The position numbers and the translations under genes were made by a program. DNA of 64,000 nt. It comes from a virus. Lineage: Duplodnaviria; Caudoviricetes. The notes under the pieces are model-generated. The model worked only from the letters and a program-made list of their open reading frames with translations, was not told the origin of the DNA and did no database searches. This document shows, in pieces, positions 45,938 through 55,814 of this stretch. The stretch spans positions 32,001 through 96,000 of the IMG/VR virus record IMGVR_UViG_2563367078_000003; one strand, 5' to 3'. Numbering within the stretch: position 1 is the first letter of the stretch; each line of letters opens with the position of its first letter.

Positions 45938-46201
45938 TTATTCGGCAGCCTTCGGGGGGCGACCCGGGCGCTTGACCGGCGCGGGCTTTTCAGCCGGGGC
46001 TTCGAGGGCGTCGTTGACCACAACCCGTCCGTTGTCCATGCGCTCAGGCTCGAGAACGTCATCCGGTTTGAATAGCGACATCCGGCCGTCGAGGATCTTG
46101 TGCCCTTCGCGGACGCGGGTGCCGACAGCACAGAACTGGTGATCGCCGTTGTCGTCGTGGTACCAGAAACTGGTCTTGGCGAGGTAGATTTCGCCTGCCA
46201 T
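45938..46201 (-). CDS. small head-associated hypothetical protein
   Basis: follows the capsid gene; basic tail. Confidence 0.65.
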   Translation of the reverse strand: MAGEIYLAKTSFWYHDDNGDHQFCAVGTRVREGHKILDGRMSLFKPDDVLEPERMDNGRVVVNDALEAPAEKPAPVKRPGRPPKAAE

Positions 46202-46302
46202 ATCAATCCTTTCGAAATAAACGAGGTCAATTCCGCAACGATTTAAAGCCTCCGTATGCGGAATTCGTTACCGGCTTCATCGACCTCGTTTAAATCAATC
46301 GA

Positions 46303-49008
46303 TTACGCCTGGCCCTGAAGGACCTTGAAAGCGTTCGGAACCAGAACGACCGAGTTGTTCATCCAGATCGCATAAATACCGCGCTGGCCGGTCGGACGCT
46401 GGTTCGAACCGAATACCTGGGGGATCAGCTCGACACTCATGCCGATACGGTCCACAATCAGGAACTGCTGGAAATCACCAAAGATCAGGAACAGGTCGCC
46501 GGTAGCGTGGGTCGACGCCATGACCGAGGACTCCAGAGCTGGGTAACCCAGCAGCTCCGAAGGCATTCCCGCGCCAATGCGCTGCCACAGCTGAGCGCCA
46601 CCGTACTGATCGAACTGGCGAATCTTATTGTAATTCGCGCGGTGAGCGATAAACTTGGCGTTCGCATTACGCCAGCGCGGATCGAGGCTTTCCTCGAGGT
46701 GGTAAACATCAGCGGCAGTGAATGCCTGACCCGGAGTCGCGGCCACGTAGGAACCGCCCGGCAGAGTGCCGATGACGCCGCCCGCGTTGGTGCCGGTGCC
46801 ATCCCCCAGCATGAACGAGTTCGCCTCTTCGCGACCCTTGGCGTCAACCAGAGCGCGGGTGATCTCGGAACGCACCTGCGACCAAGACTCAGCCAATTCG
46901 TACGAGAACGGAATGAAGCCAGCGACACGGTTGGTCTTCACGGTCGGCTGGGTCAGGGAGAAGCTGTTGTCCGACGCTTCCGACGCCTCAGCAGAACGGG
47001 TGACGCTGGTGCCCGCAGACACGACGCCCATCCATTCCTTGCCGACGATCTGCTCGACGCGGGAAACGCTCCGCAGCGGATCGATGACGCCAGCACTCGT
47101 AAGGATTACAGTAGGATCGAGTTCGAACGGCACAGCATACCCGCCGCTACCGTCAGTTCCCAAAGACAGAGCACGATATTCCTCGCCGGACAGCATCTGC
47201 GGCGTACCCGCAGCAACCGTCTTCGACCAGGCGCGCTCATACAAGCTCGAGCCGGTCCGCAGCATCCGATGAGCCAGGGTGGCGTTCTCGTCGTCGACGG
47301 TGTCCAGCAGCGCCTGTGCGCTCGTCTGAGCGTCCTCCTTGGCAACCATGCGGGTGTAGTTGGCGCGCTCGATTGCACGGGCGGCGTTGTCCCGGACCAG
47401 CTGCAGGTAGTCGTCCTCGTTGTGCGACGCCTGGCGGATCTCGTTCAGGTCGTAGATGTTCTCCGGCTTGCGGCTACCGGTCGGAGCAGACGAGAACGAA
47501 CGCTCGGTGCGGCCCTCCCGCTCGCCCTCGGCCAGCTCGTCCATCCGCTTCAGAATCGCGGCGATACGAGCCTCCACCTTCGGCCGCTCATCGCGGAGTT
47601 CGGTGTTCTCGGTCTCGACGTCGGCAGGCAGCTCAGCGTCACGGAATTCGACATTGATCTCGGCAACGCGGGCATCGATCTCCGCCAGGCGCTGCCGCAA
47701 CTCGGTAAGAGTCACAGGGGTTTTCCTCTTTACGGGAGCCTCATCGGCTCGGGTTTCTTTCTTTTCGGACTCCCGTGCGCGCAAGGTGCCTTCATCGGCG
47801 GCGTTGTCGTCTTCGGGGTTAATGGCGTCGGTCAGGGTGTCGCGTTGTTCGACGGCGCTGTCCTCAGCGGATTTGGATTCGATGTCAGCGCCGAACTTCT
47901 TCGCTGCGGCCCTGATCTTCGATTTGATTGCCTGCAATTCATCGGGGCTGTAGCCCTTCTGGTTTTTCGGCATGTTTATGTACGACCACGCGGCCCTGAC
48001 GTGAGCCTTCGTGTCGATCGGGTATTTGCCGTTCTTCGGATCTGCGTAAGCGACGTCGCCGTAAGGCTTTTTGTCATCGCTGGCGCGGCCGTCCGGCATA
48101 GTCGGGGAATGCGTCATACAGACGCCGTTGGAAAAGGAATGCTCTACGCCGTCTTCATCGACATACGTATCGACCTCGGCGTCGACATCCTTTGTGTCGT
48201 CATCGCCATCGGTGTCGCCGTCGAGTGCGGTTTCCGGCGGATCGGTCGGGCCGTCGCGGAGTTCTTTCGCCGTCTCGATCGCCTTGTCGACATCCGCCAT
48301 ATGAATGTGGATCTCGGTCTTCGGAGGTTCGCTGCGGACGGTTTCATCGGCCTTCGGAGCGGCTTCCAGCTCGGCCATCGTTCGGCGGTATTCATCGACA
48401 ATCGCCTGGCGCTGTTCGTCGGTGATCTCGTCCATCGAACGGACGCCAACCGAAGTGCCTTCGTAAGCCGGATAAATCACAGGCCCGGCTTCCATCAGCT
48501 TGACCTCGCGGATAGTCCGCTGCAATGGGCCGCGATCTCCGGCATCCCACAGGAGCCTGTTCAGCTCATTGCCGCCAACGCTCCGCCCCTGAGAGTCGGA
48601 CCAGTCCTGGCGAGTGACAGTGAAAGTGAACGACATTCCGCTGATGGCCTGCGCTTCAATGGCCTGGCGGATCGGCTCGACGAGGTCGTTTTCAAAAAGC
48701 CGTGCCTCTACATACAAGCCGTGGTCGTCTTCGCGCATCTCGGTGAAGACGCCGATCGGGACGCCACCAGTGCGGGAATCACGGCCGTGCGCGAACTGGC
48801 AAATAGGAAGCTTGCCCTCTTGGAGGGTCTTTTTGAAGCAGCCAGGAGCCAAGCGCTCGGTAAACGCGCCTTCGAAACTATTGATTTGCGTGTCTTGTCC
48901 AAAAACAGCCGCGTAGCCGCACAACGTTCTCTTATCACTGGGAGCATCACCGGTTGCGGCTAGCGTGAAATCGACGTCGCGAGTTATGATTCTATTGGCT
49001 GGAGGCAT
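46303..49008 (-). CDS. HK97-type prohead protease - major capsid protein fusion
   Basis: GYAAVF, H, SGMSF.F, E..PV.YPAY; central PYGDV.YADP...YPIDT..HVRAAWSYI (DUF6582-like); GGYAVP, FGDF. Confidence 0.9.
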   Translation of the reverse strand: MPPANRIITRDVDFTLAATGDAPSDKRTLCGYAAVFGQDTQINSFEGAFTERLAPGCFKKTLQEGKLPICQFAHGRDSRTGGVPIGVFTEMREDDHGLYVEARLFENDLVEPIRQAIEAQAISGMSFTFTVTRQDWSDSQGRSVGGNELNRLLWDAGDRGPLQRTIREVKLMEAGPVIYPAYEGTSVGVRSMDEITDEQRQAIVDEYRRTMAELEAAPKADETVRSEPPKTEIHIHMADVDKAIETAKELRDGPTDPPETALDGDTDGDDDTKDVDAEVDTYVDEDGVEHSFSNGVCMTHSPTMPDGRASDDKKPYGDVAYADPKNGKYPIDTKAHVRAAWSYINMPKNQKGYSPDELQAIKSKIRAAAKKFGADIESKSAEDSAVEQRDTLTDAINPEDDNAADEGTLRARESEKKETRADEAPVKRKTPVTLTELRQRLAEIDARVAEINVEFRDAELPADVETENTELRDERPKVEARIAAILKRMDELAEGEREGRTERSFSSAPTGSRKPENIYDLNEIRQASHNEDDYLQLVRDNAARAIERANYTRMVAKEDAQTSAQALLDTVDDENATLAHRMLRTGSSLYERAWSKTVAAGTPQMLSGEEYRALSLGTDGSGGYAVPFELDPTVILTSAGVIDPLRSVSRVEQIVGKEWMGVVSAGTSVTRSAEASEASDNSFSLTQPTVKTNRVAGFIPFSYELAESWSQVRSEITRALVDAKGREEANSFMLGDGTGTNAGGVIGTLPGGSYVAATPGQAFTAADVYHLEESLDPRWRNANAKFIAHRANYNKIRQFDQYGGAQLWQRIGAGMPSELLGYPALESSVMASTHATGDLFLIFGDFQQFLIVDRIGMSVELIPQVFGSNQRPTGQRGIYAIWMNNSVVLVPNAFKVLQGQA

Positions 49009-49598
49009 CTATCTAGCTCCTCGATAAACTCCTCAGCAGTCTTCGCATTCTTCCGAAGGTTGCACTGCTGGCAGGAACGAACGAGGTTCCACCAATGATC
49101 GGTGCCGCCTCGAGATAATGGATTCATGTGATCGACATGCATCGACTCAGCGGATTTCCCGCAGTAATAGCAGGGGTCGTTGGCTATACGTTTGCGCCAT
49201 TCAACCGAGTCGATCTTGTCTTGGGCCGTCATGCCGACTGCGCCTTGGTGACGCCTTCTGGCGCTGTGGGCGCGGAAATATTCAGGATGGCCGTCTCGCC
49301 ACTCTTTGTTCATGGCGAGGATGTGCTCTTTATTCGCTAGGTAACGATCCCGGAAGTAGCCAGGATTGGCCTCGCACCAGTTCTTGAATCGCTCCTGCGA
49401 GGCTTCTTTGTTGCGCCAGTAGTAGTCACGCATGTCCGCCAGGTTCTTGTCGCGGTTCTCGTAATATCGGGCGCGCTTATTGGCTAGCAGCTTTTCGCGA
49501 TTTTCCGCTTCGTAAGCTTTTCTGTAGTGCGGTCTGCACTTCTTTTTGCAATAGACTGGATCGTTGCAATTTTCGATCTCGCAAACAGGCTTACTCAA
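48984..49598 (-). CDS. HNH endonuclease
   Basis: CYYCG...HVDHMNPLSRGG....NLVRSCQQCN..K. Confidence 0.9.
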   Translation of the reverse strand: MSKPVCEIENCNDPVYCKKKCRPHYRKAYEAENREKLLANKRARYYENRDKNLADMRDYYWRNKEASQERFKNWCEANPGYFRDRYLANKEHILAMNKEWRDGHPEYFRAHSARRRHQGAVGMTAQDKIDSVEWRKRIANDPCYYCGKSAESMHVDHMNPLSRGGTDHWWNLVRSCQQCNLRKNAKTAEEFIEELDRCLQPIES

Positions 49599-49610
49599 GG
49601 GCTTTAGTCC

Positions 49611-51137
49611 TTATTGCTGCTTTGATTGCCCTTGCTGCGGGCTTTTCTTTGCGGGCTTTACGGGCTTGACCGGTTCTGGACCGTCTGCTTTGTTCGGGTC
49701 CGCAGCCAATTGCTGATCGCGAGGAGGCAGCGTTTCGGTCGGGGCGTCGCCGGAGTAGTCGGTCATATGGCCGAGGCCGGGAGCCATCAACTGGACCGAG
49801 AAAAGGCCGCTGTGCTCGAGCAGAGTCCAGTCCTTTTCGATCAGCGCCTTCACGACCGACTCTGGCGTGTAGCCTTCTTGGACGAGCCGCGCGATAGTCA
49901 TTGCCTCTGTCTGCTGCAGCTGAGCGACGATTTCGCGGTCCTCTTGCAAGAACGAGATATCGCGGTCGTCGTACCAGAGGCGGCAGTTCGCAGGGACGGT
50001 GATCAGCGGCGCGTACGCGGCACACAAATCACGCCACAGCGGCCGGATCGTGCCGTTCGCGAACTGATCAGCGGCTGCCTGGTAGTTGCCCTCATTGAGA
50101 GCGGAACCGCGCATGCCTTCCGTCAGGCCGACAACGGTCGGAGGAACCCGCGCGGCGGCGGCGATGCGCAATTCGGCGATGGAAGTCAGCTTCGAGAAGT
50201 CGATTTCCTGGATTTTCGACCCGAGCGGGGAAACCGTAGCGCCGCCACCGAGATACAGCGTCTCGCCAGCGTGTGACAAACCGTGCTTGGATTGGTTCAT
50301 CATCGTCATGAACTCGTGGAATTGCTCGGAGGTCACGGTCGGATCGAACGACACCAGCAAATTCGGCTGCGCGGAGTTGTTGAAGTAGTTGACTTTGTAG
50401 GTCGATGCGGCTTCATCGGAGATGACTTCTTTGATGATCGGAGTCATCCACGACATGCCGCGATACTGCGCGAGAGGATCCGGAATGGGAGCCCAGTGCG
50501 CGACAATGCCGTTCGAGCCGTCAGCGGGGAACAATTCCCACTTCGTTTTGTCGTCAGTATTGCCGGGCTTGTAGATGTACCCCTGGATATCGGAGTGAAG
50601 CGCTTCCTCGGGGTTCTTCGTCAGAACGATCGACACCCAATCCGGGCGCAACCTGCGCAATCGAGGACCGTCAGGGCCGTCTTCGCGCAGCACGTAATGG
50701 TTGCCGCAGAGGTCGACATCTTGTATCGCGTGCGCGAGGAGCTGAGAAGTGGTGCCGTTGGGCCATGGTGTGCGCAGCAGCCTGATCGACCGTTCGTTTT
50801 CGTCGGTGAAGTCTCCGGGGCGGCCTTTGCTCATTTTCTGGAACGCGAACCGGACTTCGGTGAAAACCATTTGCCGGGCGAGGCAGCACGCGAACACGAC
50901 GCCGCTGGACTTGTATCCGGCGTTGACGTACCCGGCGAAGTCGTTGGGGATTGTTTCGTGGCGCTTATTACTGGAGGCATCGTAGGTTACGAACGGAAAA
51001 GCACCGCCGAAGCCGCCTGCGATCGGATAGGCGCTGCCTTGGAAGGTGAAGTATTCGGCGAGGGCGTTTTGATCGACGACCGGGAAGCCTTGATCTCGCT
51101 TTTCCGGGCGGCGCAGGAGAGACCAGAGATTGGGCAT
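49611..51137 (-). CDS. portal protein (HK97 family)
   Basis: VFAC, GNHY, RGMS, YFNNSAQP, IAAAARVPPTVVG. Confidence 0.9.
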   Translation of the reverse strand: MPNLWSLLRRPEKRDQGFPVVDQNALAEYFTFQGSAYPIAGGFGGAFPFVTYDASSNKRHETIPNDFAGYVNAGYKSSGVVFACCLARQMVFTEVRFAFQKMSKGRPGDFTDENERSIRLLRTPWPNGTTSQLLAHAIQDVDLCGNHYVLREDGPDGPRLRRLRPDWVSIVLTKNPEEALHSDIQGYIYKPGNTDDKTKWELFPADGSNGIVAHWAPIPDPLAQYRGMSWMTPIIKEVISDEAASTYKVNYFNNSAQPNLLVSFDPTVTSEQFHEFMTMMNQSKHGLSHAGETLYLGGGATVSPLGSKIQEIDFSKLTSIAELRIAAAARVPPTVVGLTEGMRGSALNEGNYQAAADQFANGTIRPLWRDLCAAYAPLITVPANCRLWYDDRDISFLQEDREIVAQLQQTEAMTIARLVQEGYTPESVVKALIEKDWTLLEHSGLFSVQLMAPGLGHMTDYSGDAPTETLPPRDQQLAADPNKADGPEPVKPVKPAKKSPQQGQSKQQ

Positions 51138-51138
51138 T

Positions 51139-51297
51139 TCAGTCGTCCTTGACGTCGATCACCAGCGCGGCAGCGAGAACCAGCAGGCCGCACACGATGA
51201 GCGCGATAGGGCCCCATTCCAGATATGCGCCTGCGGTAGCCGATGCGATGCCGGAGAAAGCGGCGATTACGGCCACGAGGGGCTTTACATGCTTCAC
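51139..51297 (-). CDS. small two-helix membrane protein between terminase and portal
   Basis: reads (M)KHVKPLVAVIAAFSG...LLVLAALVIDVKDD. Confidence 0.6.
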   Translation of the reverse strand: MKHVKPLVAVIAAFSGIASATAGAYLEWGPIALIVCGLLVLAAALVIDVKDD

Positions 51298-51307
51298 GTG
51301 GGGCCTT

Positions 51308-52894
51308 TCAACCGCGATAGAACCAGATATTCGCCGGTTTGGTGAAAATGTGCTTTTTGTAGCCGAAATAGGCGAGTGTCATCGCGGTCAGCGGGGTAAT
51401 GTCGGCCGAGGATTCGATCTTGTCCCACGCCCACAGCTCTTGAAGTTTGCGGGTGTTCGCGTTCGCGACGGCGATATCGAGAGGAGCTTGGTCGATGTGC
51501 GTGAACTCGCCTTTTTCCTTGTTGCCCTTCAGCACGATCGAGTCTTTGAAGTCGCCGCAGCCTTGCGCGTATTCGCGGGTGGTGACGGTTTCGACTTTGA
51601 CGCCGCGTGATTCGAGTTCGGGAATCAGTCGACCGGCCGGAGTAGCGGGATTCACGACAACGAAAGCCGGTTTGTTGGCCTTCCAGATGTCGACGACGCG
51701 CTCAACAGCCCATTTGATACCGGGGCGATAGTCGAAAAGCTTTTCTTCTTCGATGCCGGTGATTTCGCCGTGGATCTGCTTGTCTTCGTTCGCGCCTACG
51801 GCGGTGATGCACGTCCAGTCGGCGTCGGGCGAGGAGTCCAGAGCGAGGCAGAACTTCCCTTGCAGCTGCGACAGCGCGTTACGCCGGTCATCCCACGCGG
51901 TTTTCGAGATGACACGCCAGCCACCGTCCTCTGCGGGCCAATCACCTACGGACAGACGCTCTTTCGCGAAGCCGGCGGGCGACATCGCCTTCTTCTCGGT
52001 CTCGCGGATGTACTCCTCGGAGATCCGAATTCCCAAGGCGGGGTTGGCTTTCGCCCACGTGCGGGGGTCGTTGGCGTCGTCGTGGTCTTCGCAGTCCGGC
52101 GGGCAGTACGACGTGCACAGTTCGACGCTCCACTCCATCCAGCCGAAGCGGACTTCGCGGGCTTCCTTGGCGATCACCTTCATGGCGCGGTTGCGGGCCC
52201 GGCCGAAGTGCTCGGCTTCTGCGGTACCGGCGGACCCGGCGTAGATGATCTGGTGATTCGGCTGCGCGGATACCGTGGGCATGGAGGCTTCGATGACCGA
52301 GCTGTCGAGGTTTTTCATCGCCTCGTCGTAGACAACCAGCGGAGCCGAGAACCCGCGTCCCGTGCTGCCCGACCTCGCCTTGAAGATCAACTTCTGGCCG
52401 CTGCGGAGATAGATGCCTTCTTGGCCGTGACCGGCTTTGATCTGCAGGACTTCGCTGCGGAGGTCGGGGGTGTCCTCGATCAGTCGGCGGATGCGCTCGA
52501 AGTGCTTCTGCGACGTGTCGAATAGGTGCGCCGAGTGGATGATCTCCTTCTCGCCGAACAAAAACAGACCAGCCAGTTCGCGAGCTTCGAGGATTCCGCC
52601 TTTTCCGTTCTGTCTGGCTACCACAAGCCCGAATTCGGCTGCCGCCCACTGGTTTTCGTAGCGGCCGTTGACCTCGTCCCAGTACTCTTCGTCGCGGATC
52701 GCGAGCATGTTCTCCAGGACGAGGCACTGCCACGGATCGAGTTCCAGGCCAGCGACTCGCGCGAGATCAATCGCCTCGGAAGCGCGGCTGTCGACCGCCT
52801 TGTACTCTGGGGGCAGCCTTCGTGCCGAGTCCGGAATCGTGTGATGGCTCGGGTACTGGTCGCCGATCAGCGGCGCGGTTACGTATGGAGGCAA
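51308..52894 (-). CDS. terL: terminase large subunit
   Basis: LDPWQ, Walker A VARQNGKG, RGFS..VVYDEA, W.KANPALG, DITPL. Confidence 0.95.
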   Translation of the reverse strand: MPPYVTAPLIGDQYPSHHTIPDSARRLPPEYKAVDSRASEAIDLARVAGLELDPWQCLVLENMLAIRDEEYWDEVNGRYENQWAAAEFGLVVARQNGKGGILEARELAGLFLFGEKEIIHSAHLFDTSQKHFERIRRLIEDTPDLRSEVLQIKAGHGQEGIYLRSGQKLIFKARSGSTGRGFSAPLVVYDEAMKNLDSSVIEASMPTVSAQPNHQIIYAGSAGTAEAEHFGRARNRAMKVIAKEAREVRFGWMEWSVELCTSYCPPDCEDHDDANDPRTWAKANPALGIRISEEYIRETEKKAMSPAGFAKERLSVGDWPAEDGGWRVISKTAWDDRRNALSQLQGKFCLALDSSPDADWTCITAVGANEDKQIHGEITGIEEEKLFDYRPGIKWAVERVVDIWKANKPAFVVVNPATPAGRLIPELESRGVKVETVTTREYAQGCGDFKDSIVLKGNKEKGEFTHIDQAPLDIAVANANTRKLQELWAWDKIESSADITPLTAMTLAYFGYKKHIFTKPANIWFYRG

Positions 52895-53153
52895 GACTGA
52901 TTACCCCCTTGGCAGCTTCCGCTTCTAGATCTTGTTCGGCCGGAAGGGCTGCAAGATCCTCGATGATCTTCTGTAGGCGCAGGACAAGCGCGGCGGTGTC
53001 TCCGGTGCGGAGCTGGCTCATCGCGCATTTGCTGCAGCGGTTGCCTTCGAGTTCGTGAGCGACGTAGTCCCGCAACGCAATCAAGCTCCGGCGGGTGTCA
53101 CCGGATTCGACCTCGGTGGTGAGCGATTTCTGATCGATGAATTCTTCGGTCAT
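52767..53153 (-). CDS. terminase small subunit (putative)
   Basis: GD.R.SL.ALRD.VA.EL...AAL..RL; overlaps the terL start. Confidence 0.65.
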   Translation of the reverse strand: MTEEFIDQKSLTTEVESGDTRRSLIALRDYVAHELEGNRCSKCAMSQLRTGDTAALVLRLQKIIEDLAALPAEQDLEAEAAKGVISLASIRNRAADRRPVPEPSHDSGLGTKAAPRVQGGRQPRFRGD

Positions 53154-53821
53154 TCGGGCCTGATCGAATCTGTGAGAACTTCCGGCCGGATTTTGCGAGT
53201 CCGGATCTCCGGAAGAATGGGATACGTGCGCGGGTCGGCTGGCACGAGGTGAATTCGGCTGCCGACGACCTTGCCGTTGATCAGCGGCCACGTCGGTTCG
53301 ATATTGCCGCCTTCATCCGCCGCGTGGACGATGATGGTTGCGGCGTCGGCACCATGGCCGGTTTCTGCGGCGAATTCGGTGACGGTCGCTATCGCAGATT
53401 CGGTGCCTGAGCCGGTATCGCTGCCGGAGGCAATGTTGATCGCTTTGCCGGAGTCGACGCCGGAACCGGTATCCGCAGTTGCCGTCACAGTGACGTTAGC
53501 GGTGTCGACTCCAGAGCCGGTGTCCGCTGTTGTATCGGTGATGTTCGCGGTGTCCGCGCCGGAGCCGGTGTCCGCGTCGGTCGTCGTGATGCCGGAAGCC
53601 GAGTCCGCACCCGAGCCGGTATCGCTGCCCGCAACAACGTTGGTTGCTATCGCGGTATCCGCGCCGGAGCCGGTGTCACTGACGATGAACGTGACCGCCG
53701 AGACGACTGCGGAGTCAGCGCCCGAGCCGGAATCCGAAGCGGAAACAACTACTGGGCCGGAACTGGCTTTCGGTTTGTTGATGTAGTTCCGGACTGGGAA
53801 TGTGCGGCCTATCCGGGCCAT
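53150..53821 (-). CDS. repeat-rich virion-type protein
   Basis: about nine DTGSG(A/V)D(S/T)A repeats. Confidence 0.7.
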   Translation of the reverse strand: MARIGRTFPVRNYINKPKASSGPVVVSASDSGSGADSAVVSAVTFIVSDTGSGADTAIATNVVAGSDTGSGADSASGITTTDADTGSGADTANITDTTADTGSGVDTANVTVTATADTGSGVDSGKAINIASGSDTGSGTESAIATVTEFAAETGHGADAATIIVHAADEGGNIEPTWPLINGKVVGSRIHLVPADPRTYPILPEIRTRKIRPEVLTDSIRPE

Positions 53822-53876
53822 GGGTTACCTCCAGGCCGAACGACCACCTAATTCGCAAACTGCGGTGTGATGTAGC

Positions 53877-54392
53877 TCACTCTTCCCATATGCAATAGCA
53901 AGTCACATTGATCGCGGTGCTCGCGGTGGGAGTTGCGCGGATTCGAAGAACGTTGCCTGCGGGGATTTCCCATTCGCGACCGAGCGGCCACAGTCGGCTG
54001 TAATACAAGCCGTTCTCGTAGTGGTAGTCGAAAAGCCTGGTCGAGGTGATGGATCCTTCAGCGGAGGCGTTGTAACCGGTCGCCGAGGTGCCGAGGGTGA
54101 CGCTGCTGGATACGCCGGTCGGGACATTGACTTTATGAATTCCGGCGGCGACATGCGCGGTAACGGTCGCGGCGACAGAGCCGGTTTCGATCAGCTCCAT
54201 GCGGCAGTTGTTGGCCGGAGCAGTATCGAAGGTGTATCCCCACTCGAGGACGCGAATCGGATTGCCCGTGCCGGTCTGAATCTGAAGCAAAGTCTTGACG
54301 GTGCCGGAAGTGGCGGAGGTGGCGTTGGTGGCAACCGGAGACGTCAGAGCGCCCGTCGCATTGTTCCACGCTGCAAAACAGGCTGCTGGCAC
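53877..54392 (-). CDS. virion-type beta protein
   Basis: Thr-rich; ends CYCIWEE. Confidence 0.7.
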   Translation of the reverse strand: MPAACFAAWNNATGALTSPVATNATSATSGTVKTLLQIQTGTGNPIRVLEWGYTFDTAPANNCRMELIETGSVAATVTAHVAAGIHKVNVPTGVSSSVTLGTSATGYNASAEGSITSTRLFDYHYENGLYYSRLWPLGREWEIPAGNVLRIRATPTASTAINVTCYCIWEE

Positions 54393-54401
54393 GAAAGTCT
54401 C

Positions 54402-55094
54402 CTAATACAGATTCGACCGCGTGACCGAAGTACTGAGTCGGTTATCTTGATGAATGATGGTCGGGCTGGGAATAGCGACTGTGAGCGCTGTATAGGTGCC
54501 CGCGAAGGTGACGCCGGTCCATGCTCCGGGAGTCTGACTGGATGCGATGGCGTTGAGTTCGGCGCTGGCAATGAATGCGTCGGTCGTGACGCCAGAAGTG
54601 CCCGTGTTAGCCGATTGGTAATTGCTCCAGCCACTGGGAGCGCCGGTCGGGTCGTAGAAGGTCGGCCGCGTTCCGGCATCGATGATCAACCACTGATAGC
54701 TGATATTGCCGAGGGGTGGCGTAAGAGCTGGAGAGGTGGGCGATGTCGAGCTGCCGGTTGCCGATGCGACCGCGATTCCGCCGCCGGGCCATGCACCGGT
54801 CAATCGTAGGGACGCCCAGGCCGCCTGCACCGACGCGCTCGAGGTGACCGTCAACGAGCTGACCGGGCCCTGCTCTCCGGTGAAGAGGGTGATGTAGATG
54901 CCGCTGGCCGCGCCCCAGGTACCTGCGATGCTCCAGCCCGCCGAGGACGTGGAAAGTGTTGCGGCCGATGGGGTTGTCACGAAGACGAGATAGAGGTCAC
55001 CGGTATTGGCGCTGGTGTTGGGGAGCGTGACGGAGTACGAAGTTCCTGCGCTCGAGGTGTTTCCGGTACTGCGCTGGGCGACGGCGATTGTCAC
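54402..55094 (-). CDS. virion-type beta protein
   Basis: Ser/Thr-rich; GDL.LVFV, APSGW. Confidence 0.7.
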   Translation of the reverse strand: MTIAVAQRSTGNTSSAGTSYSVTLPNTSANTGDLYLVFVTTPSAATLSTSSAGWSIAGTWGAASGIYITLFTGEQGPVSSLTVTSSASVQAAWASLRLTGAWPGGGIAVASATGSSTSPTSPALTPPLGNISYQWLIIDAGTRPTFYDPTGAPSGWSNYQSANTGTSGVTTDAFIASAELNAIASSQTPGAWTGVTFAGTYTALTVAIPSPTIIHQDNRLSTSVTRSNLY

Positions 55095-55114
55095 TGCATC
55101 ACCACCCGAGGACG

Positions 55115-55132
55115 ATCGTTAGCTTTGCTAAA
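55115..55132. promoter_or_regulatory. 18-bp repeat, copy 2
   Basis: ATCGTTAGCTTTGCTAAA, identical to 32727-32744. Confidence 0.65.
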
Positions 55133-55134
55133 CA

Positions 55135-55814
55135 CCAGACTTGCCCGCGCGGTGGTTGTGGATTACACCGGGAGAGAAGGGAAGTGGAGGGAGCGCAGGG
55201 GTACCCCGGTACTGCGAAGCACGGATACACCCTTGACGCGATTACACCGGTCGCTTCGGTCGCTACGGTCGCTTGGTATGTACGCAGGCGCGGGGATTAT
55301 TCGGCCTGCCGGGACTGGGATACTGCACAGAGTCCGGCCACCGGCGCAGAGCACGGGGAACCCGGATGCCGCCAGATGATCCGCCCAGCTGCCGCCAGGT
55401 CGCTCCGAGTCCGCCTTTACGCGCAACTCTGTGTCATCGGATGGTTGCAGCAGCCCCTCTGACGGGCGACGACTGCGCGGGCAAGGCGCATCACCCGCGA
55501 CGGTGCCTACGGGCGCAACGGCCAAGGGGTGAGTGGCTGATCAGCCAGAATCGTGAGGTAGGATGTGGTCCTACGGCGCGGATCTGCTATACCCAGGTTC
55601 TCGCCCAGGCCCCGGTTGATGCTGTGAACATCTTCCGGGGCTGACTTGTATCTGGGACAGTAGCACAGCGATCTCGAGGTGCACGTGAACCCGGCGGCCT
55701 CGCGATTGAGGTTCGTCCGCCCTACCGTGTATCATGGTGTGCGCGGGACGCATTAGCGTCTCTGAAGTGAACCCGGCAGCCATCCGGACGGTTGGTGAGC
55801 CGGGTTTCGCGCAT
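55135..55814 (+). ncRNA. candidate ~680-nt large structured RNA, antisense to the late operon
   Basis: long-range stem 55140-55153/55472-55485 plus many hairpins; non-Watson-Crick pairs are G-U on the + strand. Confidence 0.6.

Noticed and set aside
35582-48963. Long + strand ORFs (35582-37501, 40025-41935, 46507-48963)
   Set aside because: Antisense shadows of the tape measure and capsid genes produced by high-GC codon bias; no recognisable motifs.
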